Counted from the stretch's first letter, positions 42,978-52,935 are shown. The stretch is DNA of 64,000 nucleotides from Candidatus Omnitrophota bacterium (GCA_022711115.1 JAKLFP010000001.1:133183-197182), one strand, 5' to 3'. The notes: generated from the sequence alone by a model not told the origin. A program made the numbers and translations.

Positions 42978-44923
42978 AGGAGTGTTCCCAACCGTTGGAT
43001 CAAAGCATTTTTTTCACGTTGCACAACCGGAGAAGCAGGCTTTTTCAAAAGTTCCATAATATTTTTTTCAAGGTCTTCAAGACAACTTATTGTCACAAGC
43101 CCGCGTTGGCCTAAAATTTTATGAAAGCGGTAATGTTTCTCAGGAAGATCCCCTTCTCCAAGACTCACCACAATCACTCGCTTGCCGGTCCCCACGGCCT
43201 CCGAGATCATCGCCAAACTGTCCTCGGTCACAATCAACAGGTCCGCAAGCCCCAGCATACCTCCTGCCGCATAGGAAGGATTGTCCTCATTGGCGATCAC
43301 AAGCAATCGACAGGCCGGATGATGAGAAAGATTTTTTTTAAAAAAAGTTTCCACAGGGGCCGGTGTCCGACGGGAAGTTGTGACCATAAATTCTCCGACA
43401 TGTGCGGTGACACGATTGAGAGCAGCACAGAGCTTTTCAGCATCGGAAATCGTAAGGCAGAAATCATGCGCCATCCCGCCGACAAAGACCGCCATGTTGA
43501 CGCGTTCTGTATCGCCTAATCTTTGCTTTAATTGCTGAACATCCTGCTCCCGATCATGGGTTTGATAACCGCTTGGCATGATCACACAACGAAAAGTATT
43601 CTTCGGAACTTTACCGCCATCATGGGCAGGGACGATCGAAAGATCGTAATGTGTCATGGAATAAGGAAAAGGAGGCTTCATGATCACGATTTTTTTAGCG
43701 CCTGTTTCTTTCGCAAGACACATCTGAAGCGCCGCAAGACCGGAGCCGGCTGCAATGATAAAATCCGCATTTGCCTTTTCAACCGCTTTCTGGGTTTCTT
43801 CTGTAAAAAACGGGCGAAGCCAATGAAGACGGCCTTGAATCCACGGCCTCATCAAAAAAGCCAAAAAAAAGAAAATCTTTCTGTGCCATTCGGAACGGTA
43901 TTCGACGTGAATGCGCTCTGTCTCAAATTCCAGGCCAGGTCGGCCGTGGAATTCCTTGAAATCCGAAAGAAGCTCAGCAACCACTTCAGACTGTTTGAAG
44001 TGTCCGGCCTTGCCATCCGAAAGAATCAGCATCTTCCGGTTCCAGCTATACTTCCACCTTTTATTTTCCCAAAGCCATTGATCCGGAAATCTGCGGATGA
44101 ACTCTTCCAGAATGTTTAAATATTGCCTGATCTGATATTCTACGCGCGCCTGCGTCTCTAACGTCAGATCATCTTTCAATGTTTCCCCGACAAAAATTTC
44201 GTGTTTGGCTCCTTGTTGTCTTACCATAAAGCAGGGCAGAATCAAAGCGTTCGTGCGCTGGGCCAACTCAAAAGCCCCGGTCGGCACGGTTGTCTTCCGC
44301 CCAAAGAAAGGAACAATGATCCCCTCTGTTTTTCCTGCGGACTGGTCGCCGAGGACGCCGATAAGTTGTTTCTCCCGAAGCGCGCGAATCAAGGCGCGAA
44401 CCCCAACTCCCCGGCTCACGGCAACCGCCCCATGACTTTCCCGGAGCTTATTTAAAAGCTCATTGAGTCTCGGATACTTCTGATCAGCCGCTAACACATG
44501 GATCGGTGATCCGCGAAGCCCTGACACCACTTGCAAAAGTTCCCAATTGCCGAAATGTCCTGTAATCAGCACGCCGCCATGTCCGGACTTGAGAAGCGCT
44601 TCGAACCGTTCCAGATGATGGACCGTAATATTCTGATCGACGTAGCGCCGGTCCATTTTTCGAAAAGACATCGTTTCCACAATCGCTTGACCGGCATGCC
44701 CGAAATGATTCCGAATCATCCGCCAACGTTCTCGGGGTGTGAATTGTTCGCCGAGCGCAGCTTTTAAATTGATATAAGCAACACGCCGTTTTCCGGAGAG
44801 AAAAAAAACCGTACGGCCTAAAAAATTCCCGATGCGCAAACCCTTTTCAATCGGGATATGCTCAAAAAAGAAAATAAGCAACCGCACCACCCCAGAAGCA
44901 ATACGGTCCTTCCAGTCTTCCAT
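42974..44923 (-). CDS. fusion protein: LpxL-like lysophospholipid acyltransferase + ELM1/DUF1022-like GT-B domain
   Basis: N-terminal ~290 aa has the LPLAT fold (ITGHFGNWELL). The C-terminal ~350 aa starts LILSDGKAGHFKQS, matching the ELM1/DUF1022 SDGKxGHxNQS signature, and has a C-terminal GT-B-like half (NPSYAAGGMLGLADLLIVTEDS). Confidence 0.7.
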   Translation of the reverse strand: MEDWKDRIASGVVRLLIFFFEHIPIEKGLRIGNFLGRTVFFLSGKRRVAYINLKAALGEQFTPRERWRMIRNHFGHAGQAIVETMSFRKMDRRYVDQNITVHHLERFEALLKSGHGGVLITGHFGNWELLQVVSGLRGSPIHVLAADQKYPRLNELLNKLRESHGAVAVSRGVGVRALIRALREKQLIGVLGDQSAGKTEGIIVPFFGRKTTVPTGAFELAQRTNALILPCFMVRQQGAKHEIFVGETLKDDLTLETQARVEYQIRQYLNILEEFIRRFPDQWLWENKRWKYSWNRKMLILSDGKAGHFKQSEVVAELLSDFKEFHGRPGLEFETERIHVEYRSEWHRKIFFFLAFLMRPWIQGRLHWLRPFFTEETQKAVEKANADFIIAAGSGLAALQMCLAKETGAKKIVIMKPPFPYSMTHYDLSIVPAHDGGKVPKNTFRCVIMPSGYQTHDREQDVQQLKQRLGDTERVNMAVFVGGMAHDFCLTISDAEKLCAALNRVTAHVGEFMVTTSRRTPAPVETFFKKNLSHHPACRLLVIANEDNPSYAAGGMLGLADLLIVTEDSLAMISEAVGTGKRVIVVSLGEGDLPEKHYRFHKILGQRGLVTISCLEDLEKNIMELLKKPASPVVQREKNALIQRLGTLL

Positions 44924-45972
44924 TAACGCCTCACGCCAAGCAGCCGGAACAGCCGATCCGTCAGGATTTCCTCTCCCGAAATCACCCGTAAACGCGCGGC
45001 AAGCACCAGAGGGTTCAGGACGTTCGCAATCAGTTCCCGCGAACGAAAGAAATCTTTTTCAGTCGTAATGATCTCTTCCGTGCCGGCCGATTGCCCGACT
45101 TGTTTTATTTTTAAAAGTTCTTCTTCGGTATAATTATGGTGATCAAGAAATTCAAAATTTCTTACCGTCTTCATATGCGCACGCTGTAAGACTAACTGGA
45201 ACGACCGCGGAGTCCCCACGGCCGCAAAAGTCCCCACGCGTTTGCCCGCTAATTTTTCCAGCGGCATGCGGGCATGGGTCTTCGCGCGATAGAGAAAGAT
45301 CGGCTCCATGAAGGTCTCAACGATTTGAACTTGAGGCGCCAAAATCTTGATTTTGTCTTTGAGTTTTTTGAGTTCGTCTTCCTTGATCAGATTCACATGG
45401 GATAAAACAACGATCGAGGTTCTTTTGAGCACCGTCAGCGGCTCACGAAGAATCCCGCGGGGAATAAGTTTTTCGTTCCCAAAAGGATTCAGGGCATTGA
45501 TGGCCACAATATCGACATCGCGTTCCAGAACCATATGTTGCAACCCGTCATCCAAAAGCACGATATCCACGTGCCTTTTTTCCTTAATGATCTGTTCCGC
45601 GGCCTTGGCCCTGTCTTTGCCGACACCAACCATGGCCATGGGAAGGTGATTTTGCAATTCTTTGACTTCATCGTGGCTGTAACCGCGTGTGAGGATTAAG
45701 GGAACGCGCCGGTGAGCGCAGATTTTCCGTGCCAGATATTCCACGAAAGGGGTTTTGCCGGTACCCCCCCAGGTCAAATTACCGATACTGACCACCGGAT
45801 AAGGAAGCCGCTTGCGCGCTAAAATTTTCTTTTCGTATAGCCACCGGAAGGTACGCACGCCAAGGCGATAACACCACGATGCAAATCCCAAAAGCGGATA
45901 GAGAAACGTACTGGCCGTATCATGTTGTCGATCCTCGGCCAAAAGTCGAAAGTAATTCTTGGGACTGTCCAT
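44923..45972 (-). CDS. lpxK: tetraacyldisaccharide 4'-kinase
   Basis: VVSIGNLTWGGTGKTP P-loop. 5' end overlaps the waaA 3' end, so the start is uncertain. Confidence 0.85.
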   Translation of the reverse strand: MDSPKNYFRLLAEDRQHDTASTFLYPLLGFASWCYRLGVRTFRWLYEKKILARKRLPYPVVSIGNLTWGGTGKTPFVEYLARKICAHRRVPLILTRGYSHDEVKELQNHLPMAMVGVGKDRAKAAEQIIKEKRHVDIVLLDDGLQHMVLERDVDIVAINALNPFGNEKLIPRGILREPLTVLKRTSIVVLSHVNLIKEDELKKLKDKIKILAPQVQIVETFMEPIFLYRAKTHARMPLEKLAGKRVGTFAAVGTPRSFQLVLQRAHMKTVRNFEFLDHHNYTEEELLKIKQVGQSAGTEEIITTEKDFFRSRELIANVLNPLVLAARLRVISGEEILTDRLFRLLGVRR

Positions 45973-47290
45973 TCAAATCGTTCCTTTCTTGTGAGAGCCG
46001 ACCTTTCAAAAACGCCAGGATCCAACCTGCCTGGCGTTTGCTGGCACCTCGTAAACGGTTGATGATCTGATAAGCCTTGCGGCCCATCTCATGGCGTTCG
46101 GACGCATTCGCAAGAAGCTTCGCCGCCGCAGACGACAGTTCGTCCGGAGCCGAAACCCTTAAAGCACCTTGGCCATGTTGAAGTTGTTGATAGATCTTTT
46201 GAAAATTGAAAACATGCGGCCCGTACAAGATCGCCTTTTCGAACCGTGCCGGCTCAATCGGATTCTGGCCTCCGTGAGGGACCAGACTCCCGCCCATGAA
46301 TACAAGGTCCGCGATCTGATACAGGTTCCGCAAAATTCCAAGTTGGTTGAGAATCAGGATGTCGAATCCCTGTTTCTCTTTTCTTTCTGATGATAAAACT
46401 ACTTGAACTTGAAAATGTCTCGTCTTTGCAACAAGAGAACCGCAGCGCTCGATGTGCCGTGGCGCGATGATCATTTTTAATTGCGGAAATTCCTGACGCA
46501 ATTTCGAAAAAACATTGATCAATACCTCTTCCTCCCCAGGATGGGTACTGCCTGCTATCAGCACCAAATCTTCAGGCATCACTCCCCACGCCTGTCGCAA
46601 TCCCCCGACATCCACCCCGCCGGCTTGCGCCCAATCTGCTTGATCGAATTTCATATTCCCCATATCACGCACTGATTCTTCCAGAATCCCGAGTTTGCGG
46701 AAACGGTCCGCCGATTCTTCGTTCTGAGCAAGTACAAAATCCAGTTTTTCCCACAAGGGTTTAAAAACCCATGAAAATGCCTGATATCTTTTAAAAGACT
46801 TCTCGGAAAGCCGGGCGTTAATAATCCCGACCGGTACATGACGCCGCTTGGCTTCCGTCAGCAGATTCGGCCAGATCTCGGTCTCCACGAGCAAAAGACA
46901 AACCGGCTTGAAACACGCCAGGAATCGTCTAACGACAAAAGTTAGATCAAACGGAAAATAACAAACATGGATCCTGCTGTTCGCAAGCTTTTTGGCTATT
47001 CTCTGACCCGTCGGCGTGACAGTGGTCAGCACAAGATCATATTCCTGGGACGCGCCAAACCATTCCTGAAGGAACTTTTCAATAGCCATCACTTCGCCGA
47101 CGCTGACGGCATGAAGCCAAACGATTTTTTTCCCGAGAAATTTTTTGAACCAGGATTCCGGCAATATCCCCCACCGCTCCCTCCAAAGAACCTTCGGTTC
47201 TTCGGCTTGCCGGAGTTTTAAAAGAAAAATTGGCAAATAGAAAATCGCGAAGATCCCGAAAGCTAAATTGTATAAAAAGGTTCTTAACAT
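45920..47290 (-). CDS. waaA: 3-deoxy-D-manno-octulosonic acid (Kdo) transferase
   Basis: WLHAVSVGEV N-terminal motif and a GT30 C-terminal half (FMGGSLVPHGGQNPIEP). Confidence 0.88.
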   Translation of the reverse strand: MLRTFLYNLAFGIFAIFYLPIFLLKLRQAEEPKVLWRERWGILPESWFKKFLGKKIVWLHAVSVGEVMAIEKFLQEWFGASQEYDLVLTTVTPTGQRIAKKLANSRIHVCYFPFDLTFVVRRFLACFKPVCLLLVETEIWPNLLTEAKRRHVPVGIINARLSEKSFKRYQAFSWVFKPLWEKLDFVLAQNEESADRFRKLGILEESVRDMGNMKFDQADWAQAGGVDVGGLRQAWGVMPEDLVLIAGSTHPGEEEVLINVFSKLRQEFPQLKMIIAPRHIERCGSLVAKTRHFQVQVVLSSERKEKQGFDILILNQLGILRNLYQIADLVFMGGSLVPHGGQNPIEPARFEKAILYGPHVFNFQKIYQQLQHGQGALRVSAPDELSSAAAKLLANASERHEMGRKAYQIINRLRGASKRQAGWILAFLKGRLSQERNDLNGQSQELLSTFGRGSTT

Positions 47291-47299
47291 ATCCGTTTC

Positions 47300-48184
47300 C
47301 TAAGCCCGCGGATGCGCCGTCGCATAGGCATCCTTAAGCCGCTGCGTGCTAACATGGGTGTAAATCTGCGTGGTCGAAAGGTTCGCATGGCCGAGCAATT
47401 CCTGAACGCTCCGGAGATCCGCACCCCGGTCCAGCATATGCGTCGCGAAGGAGTGGCGCAATGTGTGCGGGGAAATTTCTTTCCCAAGACCCGTCCTTTT
47501 GACATACTTCAAGATCATCCGCCGGACACTCCGGTCCGTGAGTCTCCCTCCGAGACGGCTCATAAAAAGCGGCTTTTTGAGCGTGTTCACAGCTTCTTTC
47601 GGTGACTTAGCGTCCAGATAAGCCCGCAGGTGTTGAAGCGCTACCTGACCGACAGGAACAATCCGCTCTTTTTTCCCTTTGCCTCGGACCCGCACCAGCC
47701 CTCCAAAAAAATCCAGGTCATCATGATTCAAACCCACAAGTTCGCTCACGCGAAGTCCGGAGCTGTAAAACATTTCGAGAATCGCTTTATCCCGTTTCTC
47801 TTCCCAGCAATTTTTAGCAGGGGCATCTAATAACTTGGTTACTTCGTCAGGATTTAAAAAAGACGGAAGGTGTTTCTCTTTTTTCGGGGTTGCGATTCCG
47901 GCAGCCGGATTTTGGCTAAGAATATTTTCACGGATTAAATATTTAAAAAACGAGCGAAGACAAGCGAGTTTCCTGGAAATGGAGCTTTTACTGTATTCCC
48001 GACTTTTCAGAAAAGCCAAGAAGGAACGGATGTCCAGATAGGTCAGATCTTTCAGGTCTTTCCCGCCAAGAAACTTCATAAATTCGCGCAAATCGATCCC
48101 GTAGTTCTTGGTCGTATGTTCCGAAGCGCCTTTTTCAGTTGTAAGGAAATCGAGAAAATCTTCAACCCGCTTGTCTGTGCTCAT
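47300..48184 (-). CDS. tyrosine site-specific recombinase XerC/XerD
   Basis: R...HxxR...Y catalytic set: LRVSEL, HTLRHSFATHML, LGHANLSTTQIYTHV. Confidence 0.88.
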   Translation of the reverse strand: MSTDKRVEDFLDFLTTEKGASEHTTKNYGIDLREFMKFLGGKDLKDLTYLDIRSFLAFLKSREYSKSSISRKLACLRSFFKYLIRENILSQNPAAGIATPKKEKHLPSFLNPDEVTKLLDAPAKNCWEEKRDKAILEMFYSSGLRVSELVGLNHDDLDFFGGLVRVRGKGKKERIVPVGQVALQHLRAYLDAKSPKEAVNTLKKPLFMSRLGGRLTDRSVRRMILKYVKRTGLGKEISPHTLRHSFATHMLDRGADLRSVQELLGHANLSTTQIYTHVSTQRLKDAYATAHPRA

Positions 48185-50286
48185 GGCGCTTCAGGCGAAG
48201 GGTTTTGCCCAGCAGGCGCTGTTGCCCCGTCTTCTTTTTTGGGCAAGGCATTCACGATATAGGTGCATTTGGGATAGTTCGAGCATCCGTAAAAAGACCG
48301 CCGTCCTTTGCCTTTGCGTTTCACCAGTTCGCCGCCGCAACCTGGCTCCGGACAATAAAATCCCGTAGGAAGGGAACGCGTGTATTTGCACTCGGGAAAA
48401 CCGGAACACGCCAAAAATCTTCCGAAGCGCCCGAATTTGATCCACAAAAATTTTCCGCATATATCACATTTGTATTCCGTAGGGACCGCCGCAGGTTTGA
48501 CGCTTTTCATCTCCGTTTGAGCCCGAGTCAGCAATTCATTGAACGGCGCATAAAAATCCTGGAGGACTTTGATCCACCCCAGTTTCCCCTCTTCGACCTC
48601 GTCAAATTCTTCTTCCATGAGCGCCGTGAATTCCGTTTCCAGAATCTTGGGAAAATGTTTTACCAGAATATCCACGACCGTTTCCCCAAGCTCTGTCGGC
48701 GTCAAAGCGCCGCCGTTGCGTTCCGCATACATTCGGTCTAAAATCGTTGAGATCGTCGGCGCGTAAGTACTCGGCCGGCCAATCCCTTTTTCCTCCAAAA
48801 GCCTGATGAGACTTGCGTCATTGAACCTGGCCGGAGGTTTTGTGAAGTGCTGTTCGCCCAAAAGCTCATGAAGCTTCAATGTCTGACCGATGCTCACTTC
48901 CGGCAATTCTTCGGTCTCAGGAGTTTCTTCCTCAGTCTCTTTGGAATTTTCTTTTTCGATTTTGATTTCACCAAACGCCGCGGTAAAACCTGGAAAAAGA
49001 TTCCGCTTGCCGGTGGTCCGAAACCCATATTTTTCTCCCGCATCGATCGTAATAGCAATGTGTTCGTCGATGGCCGACGTCATTTGGGAAGCAAGAAATT
49101 TTCGCCAGATCAACTCATACAGTTTCAATTCATCGCCTTCCAAAAAACTTTTGATCGAATCCGGTGTGCGTAAAACCGAAGTCGGACGGATCGCCTCATG
49201 AGCTTCCTGAGCTCCTTTTCGCGATTTATAGACGTTGGGTGTTTCAGGAAGATATTCTTTGTCAAAGCTTTTCAGAATATAATCCGCGGCCTCTTGCTGA
49301 GCAGAAGCAGCAATATTCACGGAATCCGTACGCATGTAAGTAATGAGACCGACACTGCCCTCGTCGCCGAGTTCCACGCCTTCGTAAAGCCTTTGTGCGA
49401 TCCTCATGGTATTGGAAGCCGAAAACCCTAAACGACTGTAAGACTCCTGTTGTAATTTGCTGGTGGTATAGGGTGCCTGCGGGCGTCGGCGTTTTTCGGT
49501 TTTTTCGATATTCATCACCTGGAACGGTAGATTCCCAAGCTCGTTTTTGATCCGATCTACTTCCTCCTGGTTTTTAAGCTCGGGCTTCTCTTTCCCGATC
49601 CGATTCAATCGCGATAGAAAAACCTTCTGCTGTTCCGTCCCTTCCGGGGATGAAAGTTTCGCATCAAGCGTCCAGTATTCTTGCGGTACAAATTTCCGGA
49701 TTTCGCGCTCGCGGTCCACAATAAAGCGAAGCGCCACGGATTGCACGCGGCCAGCGCTCAGCCCTCTTCCGACATTACGCCAAAGAAGCGGACTTAATTG
49801 GTAACCGACCACCCGATCCAAAATACGACGGGCCTGTTGAGCGTCCACAAGATGCATGTTGATAGTCCGCGGATGCTTGAAGGCCTTCAGCACGGCTTCT
49901 TTGGTGATCTCATGAAATTCCACACGATAAATCTTCGAATCTTTATTTTGTTCTGAGAAAATATGCGCGAGATGCCAGCTGATCGCTTCTCCTTCACGAT
50001 CAGGATCGGTTGCGATATAAATGGCTTTTTTCCCTTCGGCCATTTTCTTGAGATGATTGACAATTTTGATGGCGCGGCGGATGACGATGTATTCGGGGGT
50101 AAAGTCATGTTCAAGATCCACCCCCATCCGGCTTTTCGGCAGATCCCGAACATGCCCCATGGAAGCTTCCACATGAAAATCTTTTCCGAGGAACTTATTG
50201 ATCGTTTTCGCTTTAGCGGGTGACTCCACGATCACTAGACTGACCGGTCCGCTCAGCGCTTTTACTTTCTTTTTTGCTTTTGCCAC
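48181..50286 (-). CDS. topA: DNA topoisomerase I with C-terminal zinc ribbons
   Basis: TOPRIM N-terminus (LVIVESPAKAKTI), a Tyr active-site region and the C-terminal CDICGKF...C..FPEC / CPEPGCGGEL...C..YPKC zinc ribbons. Confidence 0.93.
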   Translation of the reverse strand: MAKAKKKVKALSGPVSLVIVESPAKAKTINKFLGKDFHVEASMGHVRDLPKSRMGVDLEHDFTPEYIVIRRAIKIVNHLKKMAEGKKAIYIATDPDREGEAISWHLAHIFSEQNKDSKIYRVEFHEITKEAVLKAFKHPRTINMHLVDAQQARRILDRVVGYQLSPLLWRNVGRGLSAGRVQSVALRFIVDREREIRKFVPQEYWTLDAKLSSPEGTEQQKVFLSRLNRIGKEKPELKNQEEVDRIKNELGNLPFQVMNIEKTEKRRRPQAPYTTSKLQQESYSRLGFSASNTMRIAQRLYEGVELGDEGSVGLITYMRTDSVNIAASAQQEAADYILKSFDKEYLPETPNVYKSRKGAQEAHEAIRPTSVLRTPDSIKSFLEGDELKLYELIWRKFLASQMTSAIDEHIAITIDAGEKYGFRTTGKRNLFPGFTAAFGEIKIEKENSKETEEETPETEELPEVSIGQTLKLHELLGEQHFTKPPARFNDASLIRLLEEKGIGRPSTYAPTISTILDRMYAERNGGALTPTELGETVVDILVKHFPKILETEFTALMEEEFDEVEEGKLGWIKVLQDFYAPFNELLTRAQTEMKSVKPAAVPTEYKCDICGKFLWIKFGRFGRFLACSGFPECKYTRSLPTGFYCPEPGCGGELVKRKGKGRRSFYGCSNYPKCTYIVNALPKKEDGATAPAGQNPSPEAP

Positions 50287-50489
50287 AAAACCTCCATTGA
50301 AAAATCCAGAATCCTTAATACCTCGTTCAATAAATTCAAGTGATATTTCAGGAACGACTCTCCTCGGGAGAACCGTTCCTTCTAAACCTTGCTTTCAAGC
50401 TTACTTAAAGGGAAGGATTTTAAACAAAATACTGCGGATTGTAAACGCTAACTTTATCGGACGCTTGCAACTCTTTTATTTGAAGCAGG

Positions 50490-50879
50490 TTAGGAAATCT
50501 TATCCCAAGGATCGTCTTTAGCCTTGGGTGATTCAGGGGAAGCTTTTTTTGGATTTGCCTGCGGAAGATTATAAAGTGATTCAAGCTCCATAATTTGAGA
50601 ATCTCGAACCGCTTCTTTTTCAATACGCCGGACCATGCTTTTCAATGCCCCGACTCGAATCCCAAGTTTTTCAACGCAAAGCGTTGTCAATAAACGAGTT
50701 AGAAGATTCATGTGAATTTCCAAATCGGTAAGACGATTGTCAGTCACCGATCCAGTCTCTTTCACTTGGCTAACGTCTTTTTTGAGTTCGATCAGTTTGG
50801 AATAAAGAGAGAGGACATCTTTTAAGGCATACGGGGCTTTTTTAGAAGAGTTTTTCTTTTGTTTTTTCTTTTTATTCAT
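50490..50879 (-). CDS. hypothetical Lys-rich coiled-coil protein
   Basis: 129-aa ORF with a poly-Lys N-terminus. No family recognised. Confidence 0.35.
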   Translation of the reverse strand: MNKKKKQKKNSSKKAPYALKDVLSLYSKLIELKKDVSQVKETGSVTDNRLTDLEIHMNLLTRLLTTLCVEKLGIRVGALKSMVRRIEKEAVRDSQIMELESLYNLPQANPKKASPESPKAKDDPWDKIS

Positions 50880-51006
50880 CCTAACGGCCCTCTCTTTTCA
50901 ATATTAACACAAGAAAGAGGTCTTTCCAATTCTGCCTGGCATTTAAAAAAAATCCTCTCCCGCTGTATTTTGCGGAAGAGGATTTAAAATGGTTCTAGAA
51001 AATTTT

Positions 51007-51396
51007 TTAGGCTTCAACCACCTGCGTTTTCGCCCATGCATCTTCAAGCCGTTGCCCTTTGGCAAGCAGCATGATGATTTCCAAAAGATACCCGATTACC
51101 AATATAAAGGGAATAATCAAAAGAATGTTTCTGATGATCGCCTGTACAATCGTGACCTTTTCTCCTGTCAAAGAAACAATCTTTGTCTTGATCATGGCCC
51201 GACCCGGTGAATAGACCGCATCGCGAAATACCAGCCATATAATATTGACGATCACTAGCACAATACTACGAACGGCATCCGGAGCCGCCAAAAGGATCAA
51301 TCCTATAACAATCCCGAGACCAATAGGGATAATAACCAGGTCGATTAAACCGGCCGCAAAACGCTTTCCCTTACTTGCTGGAACCAATCCATCCAT
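51007..51396 (-). CDS. RDD-family membrane protein
   Basis: RFAAGLIDLVIIPIG RDD motif. 3 TM helices. Confidence 0.6.
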   Translation of the reverse strand: MDGLVPASKGKRFAAGLIDLVIIPIGLGIVIGLILLAAPDAVRSIVLVIVNIIWLVFRDAVYSPGRAMIKTKIVSLTGEKVTIVQAIIRNILLIIPFILVIGYLLEIIMLLAKGQRLEDAWAKTQVVEA

Positions 51397-51564
51397 CTTG
51401 AACTCCTTTCGTTTGAAAAAACTTCTTTTTAAAAAGGCAACATTGATAAAACTCTACCTAGGAAATGCTTTACTGTCAAAAGCTTTTTCCTCAAGTGGTT
51501 CTTTTATTAACGGCTAGTTCCTTGATAGGGTTTAACGAAAGACACCTCTACGCAAGCCCCCGAA

Positions 51565-51597
51565 ATAGTGACAGTCACTTTTGGTGACTGTCACTAT
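51565..51597. repeat. perfect 14-bp inverted repeat with 5-nt spacer (ATAGTGACAGTCAC-TTTTG-GTGACTGTCACTAT) overlapping the dprA stop codon
   Basis: Read directly from the sequence. Neither flank has a T-run. Confidence 0.85.
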
Positions 51598-52882
51598 ATC
51601 CCGATGGCCCAGACTCAGGCTGTTTGAGAACATACTTTCCATCATGGGATCGTTGAACTTTGTGATTTAATTCAAGCTGCAGAAGTACGGACGGCACTTG
51701 AGACGGTTCCAATCCTGTTACATCCAAGATATCCTCCCGGCTTAACGCCCCCTCTTCCTGAAGGGCCTCCAGAATCGCATGAGCTTCGTCGGTAAGAGAA
51801 TTCTCTCGATCCGAAAAAGAATGCTCGATCTCTCGCTGGGTTATTTCAGTCTCTTTTTGATCCGATACTTCTTTTTTAGTTTCGGTGGTCGTTACCAAAG
51901 GTTTATTCGTGTCTGTTCTTTTTGGAAAAACCAGGGAAGAAAAAAGGCTTTTTGCTTTCTCGATCACTGAAGATTGATTTTTGACTTCATATTTAAATAG
52001 ATTGTCCTGTCCCAATCGCAAAGCCAAAATTTCAACGATATCTTCCGAGTTTTCCACCAGATAAGCGCCTTCCTTTAACAGCTGATGTGTCCCGCGCGAT
52101 GTCAACTGATCGACGGGTCCCGGAAGCGCAAAAACCTCACGATTTTGTTCGAGTGCCTGGTGGGCTGTAATGAGTGAACCGCTTCGCGAGTGTGCTTCGA
52201 CCACAAAGACACCGTAAGAAAGTCCGGAAAGGATCCGGTTACGCCTTGGAAAATTTTCCGGAAGCGGCGGCGTGCCTAAAGGGTATTCGCTAAAGACAGC
52301 TCCGCGCTCTACGATCTTTCCGTAAAGCGTCGCATTCTCTTTCGGATAAATAACATCCAGCCCGCACCCCATCACCGCGATCGTCCGGCCATAGGAAACC
52401 TGAAGCGCGGCTTCATGCGCAACCTGATCAATCCCGCGCGCAAGACCCGAAACAATCGTGAGTCCTCTGGAAGATAATTCCTGCGCAAATTTTTTAGCTT
52501 GTGTCCTTCCGTAAAAACTTGGATGCCGCGTCCCGACAATCGCCAGAGCATTTTGATCCGACGGAAGGATCTCTCCTTTTTTATAAAGGAGAATCGGCGG
52601 ATCAGGGATCTCTTTGAGGAGCGGCGGATACTCGGGATCTGTCAAAGGGAGCCAGCGGATACCTTTTCGGGTGCATTGATCGATCTCTTGATCCGGATCA
52701 AATGCCTGCGCCTTTCCCGTCGCCATCATCACTTGAAATAATGTTTCGTTTTGCAACTGGACAACAATTTCAGAAGGACTTTTACCTTCTCCAAGTAATG
52801 CGACGGTCTGGCGTCTTCCTTCAAGCTTGAGTCGATTCAGAAAAAGGAGTGCCTTGAGGTTTTGATAGTCCAAAGGATCCAT
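51575..52882 (-). CDS. dprA: DNA processing protein A (DprA/Smf) with C-terminal winged-helix extension
   Basis: LAIVGTRHPSFYGRTQA...SGLARGIDQVAHEAAL...GCGLDVIYPKEN Rossmann-like DprA core. Confidence 0.88.
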   Translation of the reverse strand: MDPLDYQNLKALLFLNRLKLEGRRQTVALLGEGKSPSEIVVQLQNETLFQVMMATGKAQAFDPDQEIDQCTRKGIRWLPLTDPEYPPLLKEIPDPPILLYKKGEILPSDQNALAIVGTRHPSFYGRTQAKKFAQELSSRGLTIVSGLARGIDQVAHEAALQVSYGRTIAVMGCGLDVIYPKENATLYGKIVERGAVFSEYPLGTPPLPENFPRRNRILSGLSYGVFVVEAHSRSGSLITAHQALEQNREVFALPGPVDQLTSRGTHQLLKEGAYLVENSEDIVEILALRLGQDNLFKYEVKNQSSVIEKAKSLFSSLVFPKRTDTNKPLVTTTETKKEVSDQKETEITQREIEHSFSDRENSLTDEAHAILEALQEEGALSREDILDVTGLEPSQVPSVLLQLELNHKVQRSHDGKYVLKQPESGPSGYSDSHQK

Positions 52883-52887
52883 AGGGG

Positions 52888-52935
52888 AAAATATAGCCTA
52901 AATTGATAAATATTGCAATATTTGCAATAAAATAT
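52888..52935 (-). promoter_or_regulatory. candidate dprA promoter with 16-bp perfect palindrome AAATATTGCAATATTT and adjacent TTGCAATA half-site
   Basis: On the minus strand, TTGCAA, a 17-nt spacer and TATATT lie about 7 nt upstream of the dprA ATG. Found by inspection only. Confidence 0.3.

Noticed and set aside
50340-50380. Nested palindrome GGAACGAC-TCTCC-TCG-GGAGA-ACCGTTCC in the topA leader as a terminator or riboswitch
   Set aside because: Short, with internal mismatches and no T-tract. It is most likely a simple leader hairpin. Not reported as a feature.
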